In this document: one piece after another, positions 8,800 to 18,317 of the stretch
Numbering within the stretch: the first letter of the stretch is position 1
Layout: each line of letters starts with the position of its first letter
DNA from: Candidatus Micrarchaeota archaeon
GTDB taxonomy: Archaea > Micrarchaeota > Micrarchaeia > Anstonellales > Bilamarchaeaceae
Length of the DNA stretch: 64,000 nucleotides
Reading direction: 5' to 3'
NCBI GenBank assembly: GCA_014727975.1
Contig: WJMK01000039.1
Span: 29,237-93,236, forward strand
Made by a program: the position numbers and the translations under genes
Notes under the pieces: model-generated
The model's input: the letters and a program-made list of their open reading frames with translations, nothing else
Databases searched by the model: none
What the model was told of the DNA's origin: nothing

Positions 8800-11700
8800 C
8801 TATTGCTTCTTTTTTCCAGTTTTTTTCTTTTCTCCCGCAAAATAGTAAATATATGCTGCTGCGAGCAGGAGCACAATTATTGCAATTGCCCAGTAGTACC
8901 AGCAAAGCCCGAAAAGTTCCATGCAGAGCCCAAAGAGGCAGCAAACAGGTGCAGGCTCTTCTTCCTCCGGGGCTTCTTCCGGAACTGAAGGGGGGATTTC
9001 GACTTCTGCGGAGGGTGCGGGCGGCTCTGGCTCTTGAATTGGCTCAATTGCAAGAACGCATTCACTATCAACACACCAGTAGCCCACGGGGCAATCGGAA
9101 TCTGCTGCGCACCCTGGTTCTTCTTCAGGGATTTCGGGCTCCTCCTGCGGCACTTCCGGCTCGCCTTCAGTAGGCGGGGGGCCTTCTCCTCCTTCCTCAC
9201 ACAGGACAATTGAAATCAAGCCTGCTTTGTACTCATACCCATCTGCTGAAACCTGGTAATGGTAGTTTCCTGGTTCCTCCGGAGCAAATGAACCTTCTCC
9301 GGCTGAATCAGTTTCAAAGGAGCTATAAAGCACAATGGTGCTGTCCGGGCCATAGATATCTGCATTAAGGCCTTCAACACCTTGCCCTGAGTGGATTGCA
9401 GTAAAGTTCACCTGCTCCCCTGCGCATTCCCCTTCAACCTGCAAATCATATTCTGCATCATGCCCATTTCCTGGCGGATTTGGCCCTGGAGGGGTGGCAT
9501 TGGGCGGATACCAAATTGTGTAATTGACTACATATGTGGAGAAGTTCTTCACATCCATCCTTATCTCGTGGTTGGCTTCATCGAATACAATATTATGGCA
9601 CTGGGTGGGTGGGCAGGGAACCCCATTTTCCATTGCCTCTGTTTTGTTGCGCGTGTAGTTCTCGTAATAGGCAATGTTTCCGTCCCAGCTATCCACATTG
9701 TGGAAGATAAGCGAGGTATTGAATGTTTCCATGAATTGCCCGACTGCTCCCCCATATTCGCTTCCATTTACTGAAGCCATTCCTGTTTCAACATAAATGA
9801 AATGGTCAGAAAGCATAATCGGGTTTCCTGCTATAAGAGGGTGGGTGGTGTCGATGTCCCAGATTACAAGGTCCGTGAGTTGGCCGTACGTGGTGAGATT
9901 GAAGGGGCGGGTCTCATTCTGTATGGATATTGAGCTGTCATGGAGAGAAACACGCACTCCGCCGAACTCGTTGCTGAATGTGATATTGTCCATAGTAAAG
10001 TTGGTGTTGTAAAGATTGAAGCGGCAGTTGAGTGATTCGAGCGGCGCATGCGCAACTCTAAGGTCAGCTGCGCTGTCGAATACAATCTCTGCGTCCTCTT
10101 CGCATCCAAAGAATACCCCTGTGTCATTGGAGATGAGAGAAACCCCAAGACCCATGAAATCAGCAAGGTCAAGGGTGCTGCCGAATGTGCCCGGGAGCCT
10201 TGTGCCATTCATAATCATCTGCCCGGAATACAGGGTGAGGTTGTCAACCCGTGCATTGTTGAAATCCGTTGCAACCATTATGGGTATAGTCTTGATGTGT
10301 GAATTGCGCACATTTCCCGCGATCATGAAAACAAATTCAAGCTCAGAGTCCACAACCTCTCCTGAGCAGCCATCAACAACTACATCTCCCAGAATTCCTG
10401 AAATGTCCCCAAGGTACTGTTCTTCAGTATTGTAAATTACTCCGGAGAAGACCATGCGGGAATTGGATATATTTACGCAATCCAGCCTAGAGAGCACAAT
10501 CTCGGAATCGGTAATTGTGGAATTGTATGCAAATGAATTTAGGCGCATATCTGAGTTCTGTATATCGGAATTGATTGCAAACCATGAGAAATCATTGTTT
10601 GGATCTAGGGTGGTTGTGGGGGAAGTGCCTGCATCCCCATAAGAGATAAGGGAGCCATATGTGATGTTGAGGTTGTCCACCTGGACCTTGCCAGAGGTAT
10701 CAGAACTTACCTCAAAATCGAATTCCCTTCCATAAAAGTCCCCTTCTGCATCTTCATCGAATACTATTATGTCTGAATAGATGGAATTGTTGAGGTATCC
10801 CATATATGAAAGGAGGCCGATGTCAAACCACTTGTCCCCATAATACTCTTCTTCATATTCAACTGCGTATAGCTCAAACCTCCCGAATGAAGTGTCTCCC
10901 TGCATCTGGTCTGTAAGCGGGTCAGAGGAAAGTGCTGCATAAAAAGTATCGTTGTGAGGAGAGCAATTTATGGAGATGGGAACCGAATCATAGAGGAAAA
11001 CAGTGGTGTCGTTGGTTGAGTAGTAGGAAAGCTCGTGCCACCCGGTTACCGGTGCCCAACCAAGCAGAGGCGTAACCTGGGTAAGGTTGAATGCGATGCT
11101 CTGGGTAAGGTTGGGGCACATTACTGCAAGATAGTCCTGGAAATAGAAAATCCCTCCGCGCTGGTATTCTGCAGAAGCGGCTGCTGTTGTGGGGGCTATT
11201 GTTCCATTTACAAAGTAAAGGCCGGGGGCAGCATCAAAATCAGATTCATTGAAATAGACGCTTGTTACAACATAAACTCCTGATTCGTTTGTGGTGGGCG
11301 GGCTTATGGGCTGGTCGAAATAAAGTGCATTTGCTGTGTTTGTGCCTCCAGGCGCCGATGGCTGGGAGACGAGTTCTATTTTGCTGAGCGCAGGCAGGTA
11401 ATTGTAAGTTGCAGTTCCCCCAAATACAGAAACGTTGCGCATCAGCCAGCGGGTAGTGTTGAGCGGGTTGTTGAAGTGGTCAAATTCAGCCCAGTCCTGT
11501 GCCCAACTGCCAGGGCCCCCTGAATATGCGGAAACATTGGCCCATTCAGCAGAGATGTTTCCATGGAAAGCATCGGTCAGGAAATCCGAGGAAATCATTG
11601 GGTAAAGGTCTCCTGATGTTTCGTTAAAGCACTGGAATACCTGGACCCCGTCAAGATAATAAGTTGTTGTGTCATTGGTGAGGTTTATCTTGAAGGTGTG

Positions 11701-13077
11701 GTATCCAGCAGAAGTGGGGACTACAGATGCAGGGTTTCCGTCAGGACAGCCAATAAGGGTTGCATTGTTCCCGAAAGCCATGAATCCTCGGAGCTGGGAC
11801 CCTGCAGATGCCATGGGACTCGGATAGGAAGCATTGGTTGTGAATGCAATCATCCCTGCGCCTTCTGGAAGCGGCATAGACATGTCTATTGGGGGCTCTT
11901 CTGCAGTAGAGATGTTTGCCTCGAATACAAATGAGCCTCCGCTCCCATCTACTGTGTGGTTCCTGTAAAAGTACATTGAGGAGCCTGAAGCGTTGCCCTC
12001 AGAGTAAAGCTCTATGGTTGATGAAGCGCTGTTGTCAACATAATATCCAAGCACGCTATTGCTTGTGCCAATGAAAAGCCACTGTGGGTCAAGGCCTGGA
12101 TTGTTGAAATCATCTGAGAAGGAGATTGTGGGCACCGGACCCGTGTAATTTGTAAGAGTGAAAAGCATCCTGCGCACCTGGGTGCGGTATTTGCCCGGAG
12201 TGCCATAAGCAGGGCAGGGAAGCTCGAAAACAGTTGCATTCATTACTACAGTGCCATTTGGCACATTAAGGCCGGGGATTAATGAACTAAGGTTGATTCC
12301 TGGAACTGATAGCTGCACCGGGTAAACCTCAGAGGAAGAAGTAACTTCCCGGACCTGGTCCCAGTCGTAGCAGGTATATGAAAGCCCGGAAAGGCGAGCA
12401 TCAAGAAGAAGGTCAAAACCTGGTGGAAGTGCGGTTCCGCTCAGGTCCACTATCTGGGCAATAAGGTCATCAGGGACACTTGGCTCAATTATGAGGAGCT
12501 CGTAAGAAACAGGCACATCAACATCATGCATCTTGGGATTCTTCTGGCTTATCCCCCACTCAAGTGCAAGCCCGGTGCCGCCCCCTGAGACAGCTGCAAA
12601 AAGATAGGTTGCAAAATTGGCCATTGAAGGCGCCTGGTGGACAAACAGATATTCATTGAATACTGAAGCATTTACCTGGACCTGCTGGCAGGAAGTGAGG
12701 GTGCCCGGGTAAAAGAGGGTGGAACCGCCCGTGGGCCAGTGCATCGTTAAGTTAGAGGCATTTGACCCCATGTGCTCTATCGGGCAGATGCGCATTGAAA
12801 AATTCTGGATTACCCCTGAGTTGTTTGGGCCGGGGCGCGAGGAGTTCCCAACCGTTGTGTACCTGGAGATATTGAGGCTGAATTCATCACTGTCCCCGGG
12901 GGAATCAAACGTGAGGTTCTGCCCTGTGGAGAGGTCTGCAAACGTAGTGAGCTCCACGGGTATGGGAGGCTCAGGGATAATTATGCATCCGAATATGAAA
13001 AAGAAAACCGCCAAAAGAACAAAAAGCTCGTCCATGTGCCTGAAGCTGAACGAGCCCTTACTGGTTTTGCCTCGCAT
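8800..13077 (-). CDS. Large multidomain cell-surface/adhesin-like glycoprotein
   Basis: N-terminal hydrophobic segment ending FGC, many N-x-S/T sequons, two tandem beta-sandwich repeats, Pro/Glu linker, Cys-rich module, C-terminal TM with Lys tail. Confidence 0.85.
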   Translation of the reverse strand: MRGKTSKGSFSFRHMDELFVLLAVFFFIFGCIIIPEPPIPVELTTFADLSTGQNLTFDSPGDSDEFSLNISRYTTVGNSSRPGPNNSGVIQNFSMRICPIEHMGSNASNLTMHWPTGGSTLFYPGTLTSCQQVQVNASVFNEYLFVHQAPSMANFATYLFAAVSGGGTGLALEWGISQKNPKMHDVDVPVSYELLIIEPSVPDDLIAQIVDLSGTALPPGFDLLLDARLSGLSYTCYDWDQVREVTSSSEVYPVQLSVPGINLSSLIPGLNVPNGTVVMNATVFELPCPAYGTPGKYRTQVRRMLFTLTNYTGPVPTISFSDDFNNPGLDPQWLFIGTSNSVLGYYVDNSASSTIELYSEGNASGSSMYFYRNHTVDGSGGSFVFEANISTAEEPPIDMSMPLPEGAGMIAFTTNASYPSPMASAGSQLRGFMAFGNNATLIGCPDGNPASVVPTSAGYHTFKINLTNDTTTYYLDGVQVFQCFNETSGDLYPMISSDFLTDAFHGNISAEWANVSAYSGGPGSWAQDWAEFDHFNNPLNTTRWLMRNVSVFGGTATYNYLPALSKIELVSQPSAPGGTNTANALYFDQPISPPTTNESGVYVVTSVYFNESDFDAAPGLYFVNGTIAPTTAAASAEYQRGGIFYFQDYLAVMCPNLTQSIAFNLTQVTPLLGWAPVTGWHELSYYSTNDTTVFLYDSVPISINCSPHNDTFYAALSSDPLTDQMQGDTSFGRFELYAVEYEEEYYGDKWFDIGLLSYMGYLNNSIYSDIIVFDEDAEGDFYGREFDFEVSSDTSGKVQVDNLNITYGSLISYGDAGTSPTTTLDPNNDFSWFAINSDIQNSDMRLNSFAYNSTITDSEIVLSRLDCVNISNSRMVFSGVIYNTEEQYLGDISGILGDVVVDGCSGEVVDSELEFVFMIAGNVRNSHIKTIPIMVATDFNNARVDNLTLYSGQMIMNGTRLPGTFGSTLDLADFMGLGVSLISNDTGVFFGCEEDAEIVFDSAADLRVAHAPLESLNCRFNLYNTNFTMDNITFSNEFGGVRVSLHDSSISIQNETRPFNLTTYGQLTDLVIWDIDTTHPLIAGNPIMLSDHFIYVETGMASVNGSEYGGAVGQFMETFNTSLIFHNVDSWDGNIAYYENYTRNKTEAMENGVPCPPTQCHNIVFDEANHEIRMDVKNFSTYVVNYTIWYPPNATPPGPNPPGNGHDAEYDLQVEGECAGEQVNFTAIHSGQGVEGLNADIYGPDSTIVLYSSFETDSAGEGSFAPEEPGNYHYQVSADGYEYKAGLISIVLCEEGGEGPPPTEGEPEVPQEEPEIPEEEPGCAADSDCPVGYWCVDSECVLAIEPIQEPEPPAPSAEVEIPPSVPEEAPEEEEPAPVCCLFGLCMELFGLCWYYWAIAIIVLLLAAAYIYYFAGEKKKTGKKKQ

Positions 13078-13126
13078 GGCGTAAAGGTCCTACTTAATGC
13101 TTATAAAATATTGATAATGTATTGAT

Positions 13127-13149
13127 TTTTTGCATTCTTTGGGGTGGGG
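13127..13149. repeat. 23-bp exact direct repeat, copy 2 (intergenic)
   Basis: Identical to 7014-7036; starts about 20 bp downstream of TTATAAAA (13101-13108). Confidence 0.9.
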
Positions 13150-13279
13150 TGTGTTAGAAAGGGGAAAATGGAGGGTTTAAAAGCCTTCTTGTGCATAAAC
13201 TAAACTAAGCGAACGAGTGAAGAACGACGAAAAGAAAGGAGAGGTTTGTTTTAAAACCTTTCCAGCAAAAAGAAGAACT

Positions 13280-13705
13280 ATGGGTTCGGAAATACGAGTA
13301 GGAGACATAATGAAAAAAAATGTTATTTCCATTGAAGAAGATGCACCCATAACCGAAGTTGCAAAACTAATGAAGATTCACGACATTGGCTCAATAGTGA
13401 TTTCAAAGAACAAGAAAGCTGAAGGGATTATTACAGAGAAAGATATGATATGCCAGGTCGTGGCAAAAGGTGCAGACGCTTCAAAAATAACTGCAAAGGA
13501 AATCATGAGCAGGCCTTTGAAAGTAGTAAGGCCGCACACAACTGTTGAAGAAACTGCAAACCTGATGCAGAAATACAGTGTGAAAAGATTTCCAGTGGTA
13601 AATGAGAATAATGAACTGGTGGGAATGATAAGCGAGGGGGACATAACAAGTTTGTTCCCTTCGATAGTAGACCTGCTGGAAGAAAGGGCCAGTGCTGGCC
13701 GATAA
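13280..13705 (+). CDS. CBS-pair domain protein
   Basis: VGDIMKKNVISI...GIITEKD...AKEIMSRPL...KRFPVV...GMISEGD. Confidence 0.93.
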   Translation: MGSEIRVGDIMKKNVISIEEDAPITEVAKLMKIHDIGSIVISKNKKAEGIITEKDMICQVVAKGADASKITAKEIMSRPLKVVRPHTTVEETANLMQKYSVKRFPVVNENNELVGMISEGDITSLFPSIVDLLEERASAGR

Positions 13706-13710
13706 AAAAC

Positions 13711-13827
13711 CTGGACGTGCGCACAGGTGCTCCCGGGAAACGCCGGAAGGCGTAATGCTCACGCTGTGCACAGGATGGCCGCGGTAGCCCCGAGCGATGA
13801 CCGTTGCGTCAACAGTGCACAGCTCAC
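13711..13827. ncRNA. Candidate structured element of unknown family (ncRNA or protein-binding array)
   Basis: GC-rich intergenic stretch; GCTGTGCAC(13763-71)/GTGCACAGC(13815-23) 9-bp stem, ACGCC-GGAA-GGCGT tetraloop hairpin, CGTGCGCA/TGCTCACG stem; T-run at the minus-strand 3' end. Confidence 0.35.
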
Positions 13828-13890
13828 TTTCATGTCTCCTTCTCATTTTCTGTAATCCATAAAATGCAAAGCAAATGGCAAGTGTAATGC

Positions 13891-14157
13891 ATGAGAATAC
13901 AGATGCGTGTGGTCCCAAATGCAAAAGCTTTCAGGATTGAGCAAAGCGAAGCAGGGTGGAAAGCATACGTAAAGGAAAAGGCAGAAGACAACAAGGCAAA
14001 CCTTGCACTCCTGAAAGGGCTGAAGAAGCTCCTTAAGCGGGAAGTGCGGCTGGTTTCAGGCGCAAAAGCAAGGAACAAGGTGCTTGAGATTGACGGAACA
14101 GAGGAAGAGGTCCTTGGCGCCCTCAGAAAGGAAGGCACAGGAAAAGGAACTCAGTAA
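13891..14157 (+). CDS. DUF167 (YggU-like) protein
   Basis: VVPNAK...VKEKAEDNKANLALL...LVSGAKARNKVLEI. Confidence 0.9.
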   Translation: MRIQMRVVPNAKAFRIEQSEAGWKAYVKEKAEDNKANLALLKGLKKLLKREVRLVSGAKARNKVLEIDGTEEEVLGALRKEGTGKGTQ

Positions 14158-14503
14158 ACTGATGGAAAAACTGGAGGAATCGGTTGTGCTCGTGGAAGGG
14201 AAAAAAGACGAACGGGCGCTGGCCCCCTACATAAAAGAGGGCAGGATTCTCCAGGCATCAGGAAAGCTCCGCACAGCCTGCGAAAGGGCTTCCGGGGAGC
14301 ACGTCAAGGAAGTGGTTGTGCTGACAGACAGGGACAAAGCAGGTGAAGAGCTGGCAAGGATGGCAGAAGAAGAGCTCGGCCGCTATGGAATACGTGCAGA
14401 CCTGGAAACAAGAAAGAGGCTCCTGGCAATTCTCAGGATTACGCATGTAGAGAACTTTGCAAAAAAATATGAGGAAAAGAAACAGGAACTTGAAGAAAAC
14501 TGA
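14084..14503 (+). CDS. Stand-alone TOPRIM domain protein
   Basis: VLVEGKKDERAL and VLTDRDKAGEEL (DxDxxG); start uncertain. Confidence 0.88.
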   Translation: MRLTEQRKRSLAPSERKAQEKELSKLMEKLEESVVLVEGKKDERALAPYIKEGRILQASGKLRTACERASGEHVKEVVVLTDRDKAGEELARMAEEELGRYGIRADLETRKRLLAILRITHVENFAKKYEEKKQELEEN

Positions 14504-14574
14504 ACAAAAAAGAAAACAAAAACAGAAAACAAAGAAAAACAAAACGAAAACAAGAATGAAAAAAGGTGAAAACA

Positions 14575-16017
14575 ATGGCAAAAACGTACATTGATACAGT
14601 AAAGTACCTCATCTATGCAGACGTTGATGTGGATGGGATGGTAGATAAACCCGATGTGGTTGGCGCAATTTTTGGCCAGACCGAAGGGCTACTTGGAGAA
14701 GACCTCGACCTGAGGGACCTCCAGAAAAACGGCAGAATAGGGAGGATTGAAGTTGACCTCCGCTCAAAAGGAGGGAGAACACGCGGAGTGATCAAGGTGC
14801 CGAGCTCCCTGGACATGGTGGAAACCTGCATAATTGGTGCAGCCATTGAAACTGTTGAGCGCGTGGGCCCCTGCGAGGCAAACATAAAAATCAGCCAGGT
14901 GGAAGACACCCGCAACATAAAGAGGGACAAGCTCATCGAGAGGTCTAAGGGCCTCCTTCGCACGCTCATCAATACGGAGCTCCCGGAAAGCCAGGAGATT
15001 TCAGACATGGTGAGGGAAGAGGTAAAGGCAGCAGAGATTACTACCTACGGAAGGGACAAACTGCCATCAGGGCCCGGAATAAGCAGGGCAGAGGCAATAA
15101 TCCTTGTTGAAGGAAGGGCAGATGTTGTGAACCTCCTCAAGAAAGACCTTGCGAATGTGGTTGCAATCGGAGGGGCGAAAATCCCGCCTACCATAAATGC
15201 ACTTACCAGGGAAAAAGAAGTGACCGTATTCCTGGACGGGGACCGAGGAGGAGACATGATACTCCGGGAGCTTGTCCAGGCAGGGGCAGACATCGATTTC
15301 CTTGCAAGGGCGCCAGCTGGAAAAGAGGTAGAAGAGCTCACACGGAAAGAAGTGATGAAATGCCTCAAGAACAAGCTCCCTTTCGAGCAGGAAGCAAAGG
15401 ATGTTGGCGCACCCATCCCCTCCAGCAGGAACACGATTATGCCTTCATCCGCAAGGCCTCCGGCCCAGCCTGCACCCCGACAGGAGCAGAGGGAGCAGGA
15501 GCCAAAGCCTGAGCCCAGGAGAGAGCAGAGAAGCGAGCAAAGGAATGAGAGGAAAAAGAAACGGGAATCAATAGTTGAACGCGTGGAAAGGGAAGCCGCA
15601 AAAGTAAAGGCATCCATAAAGGAAGACTCCTCCCCTGTTTCCCCGGAACTTGAAAAAATAGTCGAGAAAAAGCTGGAAAAGGCGAAAAAGGAAGAAATGC
15701 CTGATGAAACAGAAGCGCCCCCTAAAAAGCTGAGCAAAGAAGAGCTCAATGATGAGCTAATTGCACTTTCCAAAAGCCTGAAGGCGCGCTTCTACAATGA
15801 GCAGTATGAAATGATTAAGGAGCTGCCTGTGCGTGAAGTGATTAAGTCTCTCGAAGAAGTGAAGGGAATACATGCGATAGTGTTTGACGGTATTGTTACC
15901 CAGAGGCTTGTGGACCTTGCGGAAAGCAAAGGCGTGCAGGTCCTTGTGGGCGGCAAGATGGGGAACGTAAACAAGAAACCCACAAAGCTTGAGCTTGTAA
16001 TTCCCTCCAAAAAATAG
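14575..16017 (+). CDS. dnaG: Archaeal DnaG (primase-like, exosome-associated)
   Basis: VDKPDVVGAIFGQTEGLLG, GRIGRIEV, LVEGRADV, FLDGDRGG; AGGTGA RBS. Confidence 0.96.
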   Translation: MAKTYIDTVKYLIYADVDVDGMVDKPDVVGAIFGQTEGLLGEDLDLRDLQKNGRIGRIEVDLRSKGGRTRGVIKVPSSLDMVETCIIGAAIETVERVGPCEANIKISQVEDTRNIKRDKLIERSKGLLRTLINTELPESQEISDMVREEVKAAEITTYGRDKLPSGPGISRAEAIILVEGRADVVNLLKKDLANVVAIGGAKIPPTINALTREKEVTVFLDGDRGGDMILRELVQAGADIDFLARAPAGKEVEELTRKEVMKCLKNKLPFEQEAKDVGAPIPSSRNTIMPSSARPPAQPAPRQEQREQEPKPEPRREQRSEQRNERKKKRESIVERVEREAAKVKASIKEDSSPVSPELEKIVEKKLEKAKKEEMPDETEAPPKKLSKEELNDELIALSKSLKARFYNEQYEMIKELPVREVIKSLEEVKGIHAIVFDGIVTQRLVDLAESKGVQVLVGGKMGNVNKKPTKLELVIPSKK

Positions 16018-16028
16018 GTGCTGCATGG

Positions 16029-17282
16029 ATGAAAAGGGTATTCATTGAAACATATGGATGTACCCTGAATCATGCAGACTCAGACATAATGAGGGGCATT
16101 CTGGAAGAAGCAGGGTACGCAGTTTTCCCGGATGCCCCAATCTTTATTCTTAATACCTGTGCAGTAAAGGAAACCACGGAAAACAAGCTTATTTCCAGGA
16201 TTGAAAAACTTAAGGCCGAAGGAAAGAAACTGGTGGTTGCAGGCTGCCTGGGGATGGAGCCGAACCAAAAAAGGGTTAAGAAAGCGGACCCGGATGCAGT
16301 TATCGTGCTGCCTGATGCAGTTTCGCATATAGTGGAGGCAGTTGAGTGCGCAGAGAGGGGAGAATCACGGATTTTCAGTGGAGGGACCCTTAAGGGGAGC
16401 CTTCCAAGGGAATACACTGCGCCGATACTGCGCATAGGGGCACAGGACGGATGCGTAGGCAACTGCTATTTCTGCCAGACCAAGATTGCAAGGCCGAAGC
16501 TTGCGAGCATTCCGCTGCGCGAGATAAAGCGCTGGGTTGAGGAAGGAGTGAAGCGGGGGGCAAAGGAAATACAGATTACCGGGCAGGATACCGGAGCATA
16601 TGGAATAGACATAGGATCCACTCTCCCGGAAATGCTCCGGGAAGTGCTTGATGTAGAGGGAGACTTCAGAGTAAGGCTGGGGATGATTAACCCTGGGCAT
16701 GCAAAGCGCATGCTCCCTGAACTGCTGAAGTTGCTGGGGCACGAAAAATTCTACAAATTCCTGCACCTCCCTGTGCAGACAGGGAGCGAAAAAGTCCGGG
16801 AAGAGATGAACAGGATGCACTCTGTTGGGGATTTTGAAGACGTTGTCCGCAATGCCCGGAAGAAGTTCCCGGACCTGAGCGTTTCCACAGACATAATAGT
16901 AGGATACCCCACAGAGAGTGCGGATGACTTTGAGGAAAGCAAAAAGCTGCTGGAGAGGGTAGAGCCGGACACTGTAAACATTTCCAAATTCTCTTCAAGG
17001 AGGGGGACAGAGGCAAGCAGGCTGGGGAAAATAGATACCCTGGAAGTGAAGAGGCGCACGGTTGAAATGAGTGGGCTCGTGAAAAAGCTGGGGAAGAAAA
17101 GGAACTCCAGGTACCTGGGGAGAATTGCGGATGTGCTTATTACCGAGATGCAGAAAACCCCTACAGGAAGAATGGAAAACTACAAGCAGGTCTGCATTGG
17201 TGGGGATGCAGGGGTTGGGGAATGGAAAAAAGTAAAGATAGTGGATTGCAACCATGGGAGCCTGTTTGGAGAACAGGTTTAG
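16029..17282 (+). CDS. mtaB: tRNA t6A37 methylthiotransferase (archaeal MtaB/CDKAL1-like)
   Basis: ETYGCTLNHADS, NTCAVK, CVGNCYFC, GQDTGAYG, HLPVQTGS, TDIIVGYP, TRAM-like C-terminus. Confidence 0.92.
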   Translation: MKRVFIETYGCTLNHADSDIMRGILEEAGYAVFPDAPIFILNTCAVKETTENKLISRIEKLKAEGKKLVVAGCLGMEPNQKRVKKADPDAVIVLPDAVSHIVEAVECAERGESRIFSGGTLKGSLPREYTAPILRIGAQDGCVGNCYFCQTKIARPKLASIPLREIKRWVEEGVKRGAKEIQITGQDTGAYGIDIGSTLPEMLREVLDVEGDFRVRLGMINPGHAKRMLPELLKLLGHEKFYKFLHLPVQTGSEKVREEMNRMHSVGDFEDVVRNARKKFPDLSVSTDIIVGYPTESADDFEESKKLLERVEPDTVNISKFSSRRGTEASRLGKIDTLEVKRRTVEMSGLVKKLGKKRNSRYLGRIADVLITEMQKTPTGRMENYKQVCIGGDAGVGEWKKVKIVDCNHGSLFGEQV

Positions 17283-17773
17283 TTGCTGTAGGGATTGTAT
17301 ACGTAAATATCCACGTAGCCCAGCTCTGTTGTGCCATCATCGAAAAGATATGAGCCAACCCTGCGCACGCGGTAAATCTCATTTGAGTAGATATAGTCTT
17401 CCCCCTCTACTGCCCCTTCGTCCGGGTTGGAGGAATACCACCAGCACTCATTGTCTCCTTCCTTGTCCGTGAAATAGATTGCAACTCCATATTCAGAGCC
17501 CAGGGCATCCTGGGCATTGGTATCCCCGCTGCATAACCCTCCCACTTTGTCCCATACAATGTGCCTGTCGCTCCAGTTTACAGTTGTTCCATAGGGAACT
17601 TCAGTGGGGGAATAAAGGATATCTGCAATGCGGATTGCCTCTTTTGCAAGAGTGGACTGCTGCTGCTCGATTGAGTTGCTTACTCCATACCAATAGGAAA
17701 AAATTGCAACAAGGGTAAGGATGAATATAGAAGCGCCGACGATTGCATCAAAGCTGAAATACTGCCCTTTCAT
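17279..17773 (-). CDS. Class III signal peptide (minor pilin-like) protein
   Basis: MKG|QYFSFDAIVGASIFILTLV followed by an acidic extracellular domain. Confidence 0.8.
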   Translation of the reverse strand: MKGQYFSFDAIVGASIFILTLVAIFSYWYGVSNSIEQQQSTLAKEAIRIADILYSPTEVPYGTTVNWSDRHIVWDKVGGLCSGDTNAQDALGSEYGVAIYFTDKEGDNECWWYSSNPDEGAVEGEDYIYSNEIYRVRRVGSYLFDDGTTELGYVDIYVYNPYSN

Positions 17774-17774
17774 T

Positions 17775-18317
17775 TTAGTCCTCCTCCAGCTCGCAGTAGA
17801 GCTCTATTGTGGGATATTCCTCCCCTTCCTCAATCCCTGTGTTTTTGAAGTAGATGTGCCCATCTGACTTCCCGGGTGTCAGGAGCAATGCAACATCCAC
17901 ATCCGAGCTTGAAGAAATGTCATCTATGCAAATCTGCCCGGGGGCACGCTCATAATTTGCGGGGGCGATTACATATGGGTAAACAAATTCCTGGTAGGTG
18001 CCTGCCCATGCAAACTGGATATAGCATCTCTTATCCTCCCCTGGTTCCTCATTGCATATGTATGTTACATTATAGTCCCGGGCTTCGAGCTTCTTCGGGA
18101 AAGAGGCATCATAGGTGAAGCCCTCCCCTCCCTTGTACGTGATTGTAGGTGCGGAAGCGAATTTGTATCCAAAAGCGTTTACAAGCTGCGATTCCCTGAG
18201 GCTGATTTCGCCGCGCTCAGTGAATGAGGTCAGCACATATGCTGCAATTGCAATAATCATGAATAGCCCTGCATACATCAGGAACTCGATTGCAACCTGC
18301 CCTTTCCTAGCCGCCAT
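17775..18317 (-). CDS. Class III signal peptide (pilin-like) protein
   Basis: RKG|QVAIEFLMYAGLFMII with E at +5. Confidence 0.85.
   Translation of the reverse strand: MAARKGQVAIEFLMYAGLFMIIAIAAYVLTSFTERGEISLRESQLVNAFGYKFASAPTITYKGGEGFTYDASFPKKLEARDYNVTYICNEEPGEDKRCYIQFAWAGTYQEFVYPYVIAPANYERAPGQICIDDISSSSDVDVALLLTPGKSDGHIYFKNTGIEEGEEYPTIELYCELEED

Noticed and set aside
13711..13827. 5S rRNA, RNase P RNA, SRP RNA or c-di-GMP riboswitch identity
   Set aside because: Only fragmentary likeness (GCAACGGTCAT; AACAG..CAGCTCA; GACGCAA). No CCGAAC loop or terminal helix, no GAGGAAxGUCC, no CAGG/AGCA helix-8 motif.
13759..13833. 24-aa minus-strand ORF MKVSCALL... after AGGAG
   Set aside because: RBS only 2 nt from the ATG and no recognisable protein features.
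14504..14562. A-rich imperfect AAAAC/AAAAG run before dnaG
   Set aside because: Low-complexity spacer with no constant unit or spacers; not CRISPR.
15400..15730. Pro/Gln/Arg/Glu-rich insertion in DnaG
   Set aside because: A variable linker at this position is normal for archaeal DnaG.
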